IMG/VR virus record: IMGVR_UViG_3300027770_000025
Span: 124,001 to 188,000 of that record
DNA: 64,000 nt
Strand: one strand, 5' to 3'
This document shows positions 37,268 to 46,463 of the stretch, piece by piece (within the stretch, counting starts at the first letter, position 1; each line of letters opens with the position of its first letter). The notes under the pieces are model-generated. The model made no database searches. It was not told where the DNA came from and worked only from the letters and a program-made list of their open reading frames with translations. Both the position numbers and the translations under genes were made by a program.

Positions 37268-37945
37268 TTAATATTGGGTTCTCAGTAACTGTATAACGTC
37301 CCAAGCATCTTCTAAAGCATCGTGTGTAACTATACCTTCGATATTAGCCCTCTGTTTGCATTCATATAAAGAAGGGATTGCTTTATCATCAGTCCAATTT
37401 GTAAAGATCACTGATGGATCGATGATCCGCTGTCTGATCCTAATAACCTGCTGCCATCTGGGTAATCTCTCTAGGAAGTGCTTGTCGAACGAAGCAAAGT
37501 TTTTTCCTGCCACATTGATAGTAACAGGTTTCATCTTTGATGTTAACATTGGATAGCTTTTTCCGTTTTCCAATTTAACCATCTGGCTCTTAAATTTCTC
37601 CATATCAAATTCGACTACATCGTTATCATAAAGCCATCGATAGAATCCTTCTACAACCTGATCCTCCTGATAAAAGTGCATGCCGGTCATCTGAACTAGA
37701 TCGTTCTTTTCATCCTGATCTTTTGCTGTTTGATATTGCACAATAGCTTCAATAATCTTCTTGTTCATATTGAGAGCAAAAGGAGAACCTGTGATCTCGT
37801 TGTGCAGGATAGCTGCATGAAACTTAGGTATTTCTTCAAAACTAAGCTTCTTAGTTGTATCCTCTAGAATAGCACCGATTGAAAGAATCTGATAGCGATC
37901 CTTTTCTAATCCTGTCGTTTCGACATCGATTGAAATGTATATCAT
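37268..37945 (-). CDS. DEDDh 3'-5' exonuclease
   Basis: IDVETTGL, GKNFASFD, HDALEDA; start MIYISID at 37945. Confidence 0.88.
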   Translation of the reverse strand: MIYISIDVETTGLEKDRYQILSIGAILEDTTKKLSFEEIPKFHAAILHNEITGSPFALNMNKKIIEAIVQYQTAKDQDEKNDLVQMTGMHFYQEDQVVEGFYRWLYDNDVVEFDMEKFKSQMVKLENGKSYPMLTSKMKPVTINVAGKNFASFDKHFLERLPRWQQVIRIRQRIIDPSVIFTNWTDDKAIPSLYECKQRANIEGIVTHDALEDAWDVIQLLRTQY

Positions 37946-37978
37946 ATTATTTATAGGGATTTTTAATATTATTTGTTC

Positions 37979-38010
37979 CAAATGTATTATAAACTCCCGA
38001 GGAAAAAAAA
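37979..38010 (-). promoter_or_regulatory. Early promoter copy
   Basis: TTTTTTTTCCTCG-N11-TACATTTG; back-to-back with GATATATA on + at 38022-38029. Confidence 0.75.
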
Positions 38011-38046
38011 TAAAAGCGGGGGATATATAAAACAAAATTAAAAAAT

Positions 38047-38649
38047 ATGGCTTATAAAAGAGAGCAAATCGAAAAAGCGGTAAAAGAAAAAGGATACGTT
38101 TGGTTTGAAGGAGCCAAAGATTTTGATGTTAATATTGTTGGTATTAGAAATAATGCTCCCGCGATAGCAGATAAGGTAACTAATGTATTTGATGATTACA
38201 TAACGCTATCTTTTAAAGAAGCTGGGGTATGGAAATTTTATGAGTGGAATATTACCACAGATCCTGGAACAAAAGCTGTTAAAGAGTTTCACAATCCAAA
38301 TGGGGTTGCAAGAGTAGTACCTGGGCAATATCGGGGAATGTGGGCCGTTGGTTTACATCAGGGTAAATACGAAGCTATGCGTCAGGTTAAACCAGTTAAG
38401 GTTTACCGTGACAAGAATAAGGATATGACTTTTAATGAAACTGTTATCCAAGAGGGTATTTTTGGAATCAATGGACATAGATCTAATCCAACTACTGAGT
38501 CCGCTTATGTAGAAAATTGGTCGGAAGGATGTCAAGTATTCAAGAGGGTAAAGGATTTTAATGAATTTATGGGACTTATTAATAAAGCAAAGGCGATCCA
38601 CGGTAATCAATTTACCTACACACTAATAGAGTCAAATGACTTAATATAA
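38047..38649 (+). CDS. L,D-transpeptidase (YkuD)-like catalytic domain protein
   Basis: GINGHRS...WSEGCQV fits the H-x(n)-S-x-G-C motif; directly upstream of the endolysin. Confidence 0.6.
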   Translation: MAYKREQIEKAVKEKGYVWFEGAKDFDVNIVGIRNNAPAIADKVTNVFDDYITLSFKEAGVWKFYEWNITTDPGTKAVKEFHNPNGVARVVPGQYRGMWAVGLHQGKYEAMRQVKPVKVYRDKNKDMTFNETVIQEGIFGINGHRSNPTTESAYVENWSEGCQVFKRVKDFNEFMGLINKAKAIHGNQFTYTLIESNDLI

Positions 38650-38664
38650 AAAAAACCAAAAAAT

Positions 38665-39486
38665 ATGTTATTAAAAAACGGGTCTAAAGGGGAAGACGTT
38701 AAAAAACTCCAAGCAAAATTAGGTGCTACCGCAGACGGAAATTTTGGTCCAGGTACGGAAGCAAAAGTAAAAGCGTGGCAATCAGCTAATGGATTAGTAG
38801 CAGACGGCGTTGTAGGAGATGGAACTTGGGCTAAGATGTTTGGCTCTGCTCCAGTAGCAGCAGCTCCAGCAGCTATTCCAGCTTCATCTTTTAAATTGGA
38901 AGCTCTGAGAGGTCACATTCCTGATGCAGTTATTGCGCAAATCCCAGATACAGCAGCTAAATTTGGTATTACGAATACCCTAAGACTAGCTCACTTCTTA
39001 GCTCAGTGCGGTCACGAATCTGGTGGATTCAAAGCAGTTAATGAAAATCTTAACTACTCAGCTGATGGTCTTAAAAAGATCTTCCCTAAATACTTCCCTG
39101 GAAATTTAAACGAGTCTTATGCAAGACAGCCGGAGAAAATTGCTAATAAGGTGTACTCATCTAGAATGGGCAACGGAGACGAAGCATCTGGTGATGGATA
39201 TCGATATAAAGGTGCGGGTTTTATCCAATTAACAGGCAAAAGCAACTATGCTGCTTTTGATAAATTTGTTGATGATGACATATTAGCAAATCCCAATTTA
39301 GTTGCAACCAAATATCCATTAGCCTCTGCAGCATTCTTTTTTAATTCAAATAAGCTTTGGTCTATATGTGATAAAGGAGCTGATGATGCTACAGTGACTG
39401 CGGTTACGAAGCGTGTAAACGGTGGCACAATCGGGCTAGCTGATAGAATTAAACACTTTAAGGAATACTATAATCTACTTAAATAA
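38665..39486 (+). CDS. Endolysin: PG-binding domain + GH19 lysozyme
   Basis: GEDVKKLQ..DGNFGPGT; LAHFLAQCGHESGGF, ENLNYS, GFIQLTGKSNY, TKRVNGG. Confidence 0.92.
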   Translation: MLLKNGSKGEDVKKLQAKLGATADGNFGPGTEAKVKAWQSANGLVADGVVGDGTWAKMFGSAPVAAAPAAIPASSFKLEALRGHIPDAVIAQIPDTAAKFGITNTLRLAHFLAQCGHESGGFKAVNENLNYSADGLKKIFPKYFPGNLNESYARQPEKIANKVYSSRMGNGDEASGDGYRYKGAGFIQLTGKSNYAAFDKFVDDDILANPNLVATKYPLASAAFFFNSNKLWSICDKGADDATVTAVTKRVNGGTIGLADRIKHFKEYYNLLK

Positions 39487-39518
39487 GAATATATAAAGGG
39501 TAAAAATAAAAAAAATAT

Positions 39519-39860
39519 ATGAAAAACTTATTTTCTTCAATTAAAGAACACAGTAAAGGACTATGTTCCTGGGTAGCTGGCTTATTCAAAGATGAGTCTG
39601 GCCACCCATCATCCAAAAGATTTGTAGGCATAGTAGCTTCGCTTACTTTATGTATTACTATGTACCACAATAGCTATACTGCCGTGGACATTGCGCCAGC
39701 AGAATATCTTGTGAATGCTGTAGCACTTCTTGCATTTTCAACACTCGGACTTTCGTCTGTTGACAAATTTGTAAAGAGTAGAAAAGACATGCACATGGCT
39801 ACTAAAGCCAATGAAACCCCAGCAGAAACGACTGAAGAATCAACAGAAAACCCGTTATGA
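39519..39860 (+). CDS. Putative holin-like membrane protein (2 TM)
   Basis: SSKRF followed by two hydrophobic helices; follows the endolysin. Confidence 0.6.
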   Translation: MKNLFSSIKEHSKGLCSWVAGLFKDESGHPSSKRFVGIVASLTLCITMYHNSYTAVDIAPAEYLVNAVALLAFSTLGLSSVDKFVKSRKDMHMATKANETPAETTEESTENPL

Positions 39861-40162
39861 AAAAGTTTATTTTATTAGCAGCTTTTGCTTTAATCAGCAA
39901 TTTAGGAATCTCACAATGTTGTAAAGATTCTAAAAAAGTTAATCAACCTTGGGCATTAAGTACAAGTCTTGGCTATATCAACGTATCAAATACTACAATT
40001 GGACCAAGATACCAATCAAATGCATGGGGATCTCTTAACATTAGCTATAGTACAAATAGGTGGACTTTCGGTGCTTGGGCAGGAGCTAACTATTGGGTAA
40101 ATGGTAAACAGCCCGATCTTAGATTAGGAGTCACTACTACATACACAATAAAAAAATGGTAA
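39857..40162 (+). CDS. Small secreted beta-rich protein
   Basis: Signal peptide; alternating aromatic strands ending in W. Confidence 0.6.
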   Translation: MKKFILLAAFALISNLGISQCCKDSKKVNQPWALSTSLGYINVSNTTIGPRYQSNAWGSLNISYSTNRWTFGAWAGANYWVNGKQPDLRLGVTTTYTIKKW

Positions 40163-40167
40163 TATAA

Positions 40168-40524
40168 ATGAAAGATATAGGCATAACACTTAGTTTCTTA
40201 ATAAGTGGTCTTTTCGGTGCTATTCTAATGGTATCGAACAATGCACAGGGAAACTTAAAATCTGCTATGCTGTCAATCATCGGCGGAATGGCATCAGCTA
40301 ATTACCTAACCCCTGTTATGATCGAGATGCTGGGTCTTAAGGAAGCTAAATTACAGAATGGTTTAGCTTTTATTGTCGGATTTTTAGGGTTAAAATTAGT
40401 TGAGGTTCTTAGCAATAAATTTCTTAAGCAAGTTTCTCCTTCTGAGCAGGTTGTAAAAGAGCCAGTTAGAAGAAAGCCTGCGGCTAAGAAACCAGCAGTG
40501 AAGAAACCTGTGACAAAGAAATAG
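40168..40524 (+). CDS. Putative holin (3 TM, basic tail)
   Basis: Three hydrophobic segments; K/P-rich C-terminus. Confidence 0.65.
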   Translation: MKDIGITLSFLISGLFGAILMVSNNAQGNLKSAMLSIIGGMASANYLTPVMIEMLGLKEAKLQNGLAFIVGFLGLKLVEVLSNKFLKQVSPSEQVVKEPVRRKPAAKKPAVKKPVTKK

Positions 40525-40547
40525 CATAAAAGAATTAAAATATTAAT

Positions 40548-41252
40548 ATGAAAGAAATAATCGAAAAGATAAAATCAAAACTTTGGTTTATTACTATTCC
40601 AGTAGCAGCTTTAGTTTTGTTTTCAATGTCAGCATTGAAAGATATAGAAGCTTCCCATCAAGAATTAGAAACGGGAAAGAAATTAAGTTATTATTTAAGA
40701 ACTTCTACAGATAGCTTAACTTATCTTGCAATAGCTTATACATCAACTAAAGATCCAAAATTTTTAGATCAATTTAACGGCCATCTAGAACGTAGAAAAT
40801 ATAAACAAATTGATATTGATCCTGAATTTCAAATCTATTACAACGAAGGTCTTAGTTTAAGTAATGAATTAGCAACTAAGATTGAAGCTCCTGCATTTGA
40901 AAAGATGGACGATCAAGCTTTTTTCTCAAAAGAATATATCGATTACAAAACGAGGATAATCGCATCTATTGAAAAACTGAGAGAAGAGACATATAAGAAA
41001 TCTAATAATAAACTAAGTAGAGCTCTTTTAGAAATTAACATCTATATCTATTCGCTAATTCTTATCATTCTAGCATTCATCATTCTTATTAGATTTGAAT
41101 CTAAAGAAGAAGTTCAAGTAAAGAGAGTTACGAAGCCTAAAGCTAAAGCTAAATTAACACCTGTTAAAAAGGCACCTGTTAAAAAGGCACCTGTTAAAAA
41201 GGCACCTGTTAAAAAGGCACCTGTTAAAAAATCAACAAAAAATAAAATATGA
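40548..41252 (+). CDS. Two-TM protein with chemoreceptor-like periplasmic helical domain and KKAPV-repeat tail
   Basis: LRTSTDSLTYLAIAYTSTKDPKF..SNEL..IE..FSKEYIDYKTRI recalls MCP/HK sensor domains; no signalling domain follows. Confidence 0.55.
   Translation: MKEIIEKIKSKLWFITIPVAALVLFSMSALKDIEASHQELETGKKLSYYLRTSTDSLTYLAIAYTSTKDPKFLDQFNGHLERRKYKQIDIDPEFQIYYNEGLSLSNELATKIEAPAFEKMDDQAFFSKEYIDYKTRIIASIEKLREETYKKSNNKLSRALLEINIYIYSLILIILAFIILIRFESKEEVQVKRVTKPKAKAKLTPVKKAPVKKAPVKKAPVKKAPVKKSTKNKI
41158..41230 (+). repeat. 15-bp coding tandem repeat CACCTGTTAAAAAGG (KKAPV)
   Basis: Four perfect units plus a 13-nt partial. Confidence 0.95.
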
Positions 41253-42601
41253 AAAAAATAATAGGCCTATTAATTCTTTGTTCAGGAATTTTTGTTATTC
41301 TACACTCATGCGCAAAAGTGGAAAAGAAGATTACACCAGTTCAATTCCCCGATGTAGCAATTCAAAATTTTAGATTCCCCGAAGATTCAACAACTATTAA
41401 TGGGTGGTTATCTAAACAAGACACTACACAGATTGTAAGTCATGCATGGGGTATTTGGGCAGGTTTAACCGAGCCTACCGATCAAAAATATAACGGTCAA
41501 ACTTTATTAGTATTCGAAACATGGCTAGGCATACAGGAAATAGCAAATTCATCAAATAATAATACTTCTAAAATTAATAGAACTGCATTAAATGTACCAA
41601 AACAATTTATCCACGGTGCATTAAGAGACCCACAAGTTATAGACACTGCATTTCAAGTTCTAGAAACCGTATCATATGATCCTTTTGCGGCAAACTTTGC
41701 AATATCTAATCAACTGTTGACTGGCTCAAAATTAAGATCTTATGCAGTAACCGACGGGATTGGTTTTATACCGGATTTTCCCAACGCATCTATTGTAACT
41801 AAACCTACATACTATACGGGTGTACCTGATAAGAATAGTTTAATCAGAGTTCCTGTTTGGGTATCACCAGTTCCTGCTAAGGCGTTCAGATCGTCAGATT
41901 GGAAAACTTGGGTTTATGCTGATATTAACAATCGTCAAAAACCTAATAAGATTTTAGTTCCTGTAACTTCTTCAAACCCCTCTAAAAAACAGATTGAAGA
42001 TGCAACGTGCAATCTAAACGAATTTATTAACTACAAACTTGATGAAGAAGGTGCTGAGTATTTAAACCTACATGAGGATTTTAATAGTACCACTTATAAA
42101 GATGGTGATTATGTTTTATTGGTTGCTATGCACGTTGCGACTAAGGAGATTAAAAACTGGACATGGCAAACATATTTTTGGTGTCCTGATCCAACAAATC
42201 CTCCATCTCCAAGCTCAAAATTTGCAGCAAACTTAAAACCTAAAGAATTGAAAGGTGCAGCATCTCATTATGCAGTCAGTGTTGCTTATGCAATGGTTTG
42301 GCCAAATCAACCAATAACTGGGGGGAGTGATAAAAACACAAGACCTATCATAGCATTTAACCCATATTTAGAAGGAGGTTTTGGACCTGGAGTTTTTAAT
42401 CAGCCTAACACATATAAACCAGAATTTATTTATGGCATGCAAACGAATTGTATGTCTTGCCATGCATTAGCTACATATAAAGGTACAGTTGGCTATACAA
42501 CAGATCAATACATAGATATGAAAAATTCAAAACTATTCAAAAATGACATTCAATTAGATTTTCTTTGGTCAATTCAGGGAAACATGGATACGCTTAAATA
42601 A
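41249..42601 (+). CDS. Lipoprotein with a single CxxCH (c-type heme-binding) motif
   Basis: Lipobox-like ILHSC; MHVATKEIKNWTWQTYFW; TNCMSCH near the C-terminus. Confidence 0.65.
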   Translation: MKKIIGLLILCSGIFVILHSCAKVEKKITPVQFPDVAIQNFRFPEDSTTINGWLSKQDTTQIVSHAWGIWAGLTEPTDQKYNGQTLLVFETWLGIQEIANSSNNNTSKINRTALNVPKQFIHGALRDPQVIDTAFQVLETVSYDPFAANFAISNQLLTGSKLRSYAVTDGIGFIPDFPNASIVTKPTYYTGVPDKNSLIRVPVWVSPVPAKAFRSSDWKTWVYADINNRQKPNKILVPVTSSNPSKKQIEDATCNLNEFINYKLDEEGAEYLNLHEDFNSTTYKDGDYVLLVAMHVATKEIKNWTWQTYFWCPDPTNPPSPSSKFAANLKPKELKGAASHYAVSVAYAMVWPNQPITGGSDKNTRPIIAFNPYLEGGFGPGVFNQPNTYKPEFIYGMQTNCMSCHALATYKGTVGYTTDQYIDMKNSKLFKNDIQLDFLWSIQGNMDTLK

Positions 42602-42621
42602 AAATAAAATAAAAACAGATT

Positions 42622-42879
42622 ATGAACAACTACAATACATTAGGCACTATTATGCTATTTGCTGGAAATTTTGCACCACAAGGGTGGATGTACTGCAATG
42701 GCGCAACATTATCAATTCAGCAATACGAGGCACTATTCTCTATTCTTGGAATTACGTATGGAGGTGATGCTGAACAAGTCTTTAAATTGCCAAATCTTAT
42801 AGGACCGGCATCTACTGAGGTCTCTTTACCAATAAACTACATTATATGCGTAGAGGGAATTTTTCCAGCTAGACAGTAA
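42622..42879 (+). CDS. Standalone phage tail collar domain protein
   Basis: GTIMLFAGNFAPQGWMYCNG..LFSILGITYGGD..FKLPNL..NYIIC. Confidence 0.88.
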   Translation: MNNYNTLGTIMLFAGNFAPQGWMYCNGATLSIQQYEALFSILGITYGGDAEQVFKLPNLIGPASTEVSLPINYIICVEGIFPARQ

Positions 42880-42900
42880 TTAAAAAAAAATAAAGAAAAA

Positions 42901-43512
42901 ATGAACACTACAGAACAGAGATTACAAGAATTAACTAACATTGCCCCAACAGTATCCGTCAAAATGGATATGGAGTGGTTGGGTTCAACAACAAACACTG
43001 CGGATTTCCAAATTCGATTAACAAACACAGGTACATCAGTAGTTAAATTAAATGCTTTGATTATTCGTGGAATCCATTCACCTAAATTAACAACAGGAAC
43101 TATAACATGGAAAGCATTAAATGACAATACTGATCCGTCATGGTTAGGCTGGCCTAAAAAAGGAACAGATAACTTGCCTTATATTTCAGGTGCAAGAAAA
43201 TTAAATTTCTCTTCAGCAACAAATATCTTTACTAACGAAACTGCTCCTATTATACCAAAAGAAACAGGAGTAATAGCTGGGACTTTTAGAGTTTCTACAA
43301 CAACAACATGGAATCCAAATACTGATTTTGGTTTTGTATGGGAAATGACAACAGGTGGAGTTGTAGGTTACATAAATTTTGAAACGCAATCTTCAACTTC
43401 ATTACTACCAGTTGGTTTTATGCATTACGGACCAACAACATCTAATTCAATAGGTAAATGTTTAACTGTAACAGCACCAAGTGCACAGAAATTAAATGAA
43501 TTGAAAAAATAA
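42901..43512 (+). CDS. Hypothetical beta-rich protein
   Basis: Packed ORF, Thr/Gly-rich. Confidence 0.7.
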   Translation: MNTTEQRLQELTNIAPTVSVKMDMEWLGSTTNTADFQIRLTNTGTSVVKLNALIIRGIHSPKLTTGTITWKALNDNTDPSWLGWPKKGTDNLPYISGARKLNFSSATNIFTNETAPIIPKETGVIAGTFRVSTTTTWNPNTDFGFVWEMTTGGVVGYINFETQSSTSLLPVGFMHYGPTTSNSIGKCLTVTAPSAQKLNELKK

Positions 43513-43515
43513 ATT

Positions 43516-44514
43516 ATGAAAAAACACGCAAATGTTAAACAAAACCACACAGCAGAAACGCATTCAGACGAAACTTCAGGTGGTGCATCGATTGATACTA
43601 CAACAACTGCATCGGCAGGAGTAGAAACAGGAGATGAAAATGCATCAATTGGTATCGAAGTGTCTGCTAAAACTGGAACTGAAGCATCAGTTGATGGTGG
43701 ATTAGATGGAAATAATGTATATGTAGAAGCAAACTATTCAGATACAACCGAGGTTCATGTTACAGTAGAAGGCCAAGCTAATGCTGAAGGATTTGGAGTT
43801 GGCGGTTCTGTAGATGCTTATGCAAAAACAGGAAACGAAGCTAGCATTGAAGTGCGAGCAGGAGACGAAGGTGTAGTAGCAAATGGGAGTGTATCAGCAG
43901 GATCATCTGTTGGTGTTGACGGAGAAGGAACTGCTGATTTAAGAGAAGGTTCTGTTACAGCTGGTGCAGGTGTGTCAGTCGGAGAACAAGTTGGAATTGG
44001 TGGTGGAGGAGAAGCTACATATGTAGATGGCGTTGCAACTGTTGGTGTTAGTGGTGAAGTTGCAGTTTTACTTGGTGTTGATGTTGATTTAAGTGTAAGT
44101 GTTGATACAAACCAAATAGCAGAAGATGCTGCTGCTGCTCAAAAACTTGCTGAAGAACAAGCTGCTGAGGCAAAACGTTTATCTGATGAAGCTGATAGAG
44201 TATTAGCTGAACAAGCTGCTGCTGCACAAAAACTTGCTGAAGAGCAAGCTGCTGAAGCTAACAGAGTATTAGCTGAACAAGCTGCTGCTGCACAAAGAGA
44301 AACTGAAAGACAAGCAAAAGCTGCTCAGGAAGAATTTGATAGACAAGCAAGAGCTGCTCAAGAAGAATTTGATAGACAAGCAAGAGCTGCTCAAGAAGCT
44401 GCCGAAGCTGCACAAAGAGAAACAGAAAGGGTAGCTAGAGAAACTCAAGACGCTTTAAATCAAGCAGCAGAAGATGCTAAAAAATCAAAATGGAATCCTA
44501 AAAATTGGTTCTAA
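43516..44514 (+). CDS. G/V/A/S-rich beta region + repetitive coiled coil
   Basis: AGAGVSVGEQVG-type strands followed by AAAQKLAEEQAAEA and AAQEEFDRQAR repeats. Confidence 0.75.
   Translation: MKKHANVKQNHTAETHSDETSGGASIDTTTTASAGVETGDENASIGIEVSAKTGTEASVDGGLDGNNVYVEANYSDTTEVHVTVEGQANAEGFGVGGSVDAYAKTGNEASIEVRAGDEGVVANGSVSAGSSVGVDGEGTADLREGSVTAGAGVSVGEQVGIGGGGEATYVDGVATVGVSGEVAVLLGVDVDLSVSVDTNQIAEDAAAAQKLAEEQAAEAKRLSDEADRVLAEQAAAAQKLAEEQAAEANRVLAEQAAAAQRETERQAKAAQEEFDRQARAAQEEFDRQARAAQEAAEAAQRETERVARETQDALNQAAEDAKKSKWNPKNWF
44125..44430 (+). repeat. Imperfect coding repeats including a 33-bp unit (AAQEEFDRQAR)
   Basis: Recurrent GCTGCTCAAGAAGAATTTGATAGACAAGCAAGA and GAGTATTAGCTGAACAAGCTGCTGCTGCACAAA; boundaries approximate. 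Confidence 0.8.
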
Positions 44515-44689
44515 ATCAATGCTTTGTAGAAAAAACAAAAGTATGATATGATTAGAAAATATTCAAATTTCTAATCATTTAAGTAAAGAAATTAACCAGA
44601 GGGAAAGTAAAACAGGAAGTGTGAGTAAACCACTTCCTGAACTGGTACGATATAAGAATAGCGATATATAGTTCTAAAAACATCCCAAA

Positions 44690-45718
44690 TTGGCAACAGT
44701 CAGAACATTCGCATACAATTCAGGAACTGGTGTAACCGGAACAACACAGGTTGGCTATATAGCAGCAGGGGCAACCGCTGCTGACTATGGTGCAGGTATT
44801 ACCTGGTGGAAAGGACCGGACGAAGATCTAGGCTATGTTATATGTCACACATCAGAGGCTAGAACAGCAGGACGAAACGCATATGCTGTTGCAGCACCCA
44901 CTATAGGATTTTGGAGAAGCCCAGCAAAAACAGATTCTAGCTTTATTGATTTCTGTAATAGCGTATTCAAACAAAATTTCACAACCGCGATCGATGCAAG
45001 TACTTGGCTAACGATCAATGGGTATTGGAGTTCATATCCCGAATCTATATCATTAGTAATGAATCTGGATTCAACAACAGGGGTTACTGGTTCAAACTGG
45101 ACTGATATTTCAGGTGGGGGTCATAATGCAACATTAAATGGTGGGTATGGGACAACAACATATAACGGTAACCAAGTTGTTACCCTTAATGGAACGAGCG
45201 GTTATGTTTTACCATCCTCTTTTGGAACTCAATTAAATTCAACAGGATTTACATATAATGTTTGGGTTTATCCAACTACAACATCCAACGGAACAATAAT
45301 TGGCGAATGGGGAGGAACACCTCCGAATGGTTGGACAGATGCTCAAATTGCATTGGTTTCTGGAACTATAAGGGGCGGTGTATTTTCTCCGTCAGCTTTT
45401 TCACCAACAGGTTATATTACAGGGCAAACATTCTTCACAAACACTTGGTATAATATCGCAATGACATACAATCCAACAACTAAAGATCTTAAGTTGTATA
45501 TCAACGGAACATTGAATTCAACTATAAACGGGGTAAAATCAAATCCAGGTACATTGTATTTAACTTTGGGAAGACCCGATGGTGTATCAAGCTATTTAGG
45601 AGGTGCTTCGGGATATTTTCAAGGATATGTTGGATCTTGGAAAATATGGAATGGTCCAATATCTGCAACAAGCATTTTATCAAATTATAACTTAACCAAA
45701 TCAATATACGGATTATAA
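44690..45718 (+). CDS. LamG/concanavalin-A-like domain protein, probable virion appendage
   Basis: NWTDISGGGHNATL, TYNVWVYP, TWYNIAMTY, KLYINGTL, YFQGYVGSWKIWN; TTG start. Confidence 0.82.
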   Translation: MATVRTFAYNSGTGVTGTTQVGYIAAGATAADYGAGITWWKGPDEDLGYVICHTSEARTAGRNAYAVAAPTIGFWRSPAKTDSSFIDFCNSVFKQNFTTAIDASTWLTINGYWSSYPESISLVMNLDSTTGVTGSNWTDISGGGHNATLNGGYGTTTYNGNQVVTLNGTSGYVLPSSFGTQLNSTGFTYNVWVYPTTTSNGTIIGEWGGTPPNGWTDAQIALVSGTIRGGVFSPSAFSPTGYITGQTFFTNTWYNIAMTYNPTTKDLKLYINGTLNSTINGVKSNPGTLYLTLGRPDGVSSYLGGASGYFQGYVGSWKIWNGPISATSILSNYNLTKSIYGL

Positions 45719-45733
45719 AAAAAATAAATTAAT

Positions 45734-46033
45734 ATGGAAAAAAAAGAACCACAAAATACTCAAAGCCCAATGAATGGATTTGCTGATGCGTTTTTTTCAA
45801 AACTCAAAGAACAATCATTCACCATTATAGTTATGGTTGGTATAATTTGGTACCAAGGTAAAATGATGGAAGAGCGAGTAGCATATTGGCAAAAACTATA
45901 TGAAGACCAAAAAGCCTATATTGAACAAACGGTAAAAGAGGATAAAGCAATTATGCTAAACAGAATAAATTATCTACAGGATCAGAGAGATAAGTATGTC
46001 GAGGCTGCAATAGATGAATTAAAAATAAAATAA
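45734..46033 (+). CDS. Single-TM protein with coiled coil
   Basis: SFTIIVMVGIIWY followed by a helical tail. Confidence 0.65.
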   Translation: MEKKEPQNTQSPMNGFADAFFSKLKEQSFTIIVMVGIIWYQGKMMEERVAYWQKLYEDQKAYIEQTVKEDKAIMLNRINYLQDQRDKYVEAAIDELKIK

Positions 46034-46048
46034 AATACAGGATAAAAA

Positions 46049-46459
46049 ATGGAAACACCCTTCGTACCTAACCACCTACATTTAATTGTTAAGGGATATT
46101 TTAAAACTCCCCCTAGGGAAGAGAAAATCTTAAATGACTGGCTTAGAAGGCTAGTTGAAAAAGTAAGAATGGTGGTTGTCGCCGGACCCTCGTCCATTTA
46201 TGTTGATGAACCAGGAAATGAAGGGATTACAGGAACAGTTACCCTAGCAACTTCACACGCTGCTATTCACGTTTGGGATCGCGCTGTTCCTGCAATGTTT
46301 CAATTTGATATCTACTCCTGCTCAGAGTTCACCGCAGAGGAGGTTTTAGAGCATCTAGATGAGTTTGGTCTTATTTCATGTGAATACATTCGGATTGACA
46401 GAAACGGAGAAAGCATGACAGTTATAGAGCAAAAGAAGATAGGATATACAGCATCTTAA
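46049..46459 (+). CDS. speD: Pyruvoyl-dependent AdoMet decarboxylase-family proenzyme
   Basis: HLHLIV, GITGTVTLATSHAAIHVW, FDIYSC. Confidence 0.8.
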   Translation: METPFVPNHLHLIVKGYFKTPPREEKILNDWLRRLVEKVRMVVVAGPSSIYVDEPGNEGITGTVTLATSHAAIHVWDRAVPAMFQFDIYSCSEFTAEEVLEHLDEFGLISCEYIRIDRNGESMTVIEQKKIGYTAS

Positions 46460-46463
46460 CGAA

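Noticed and set aside
40548-42601. Overlapping membrane protein + lipoprotein as an i-spanin/o-spanin pair
   Set aside because: The membrane protein has two TM helices and the lipoprotein is 450 aa with CxxCH, unlike known spanins; not fully excluded.
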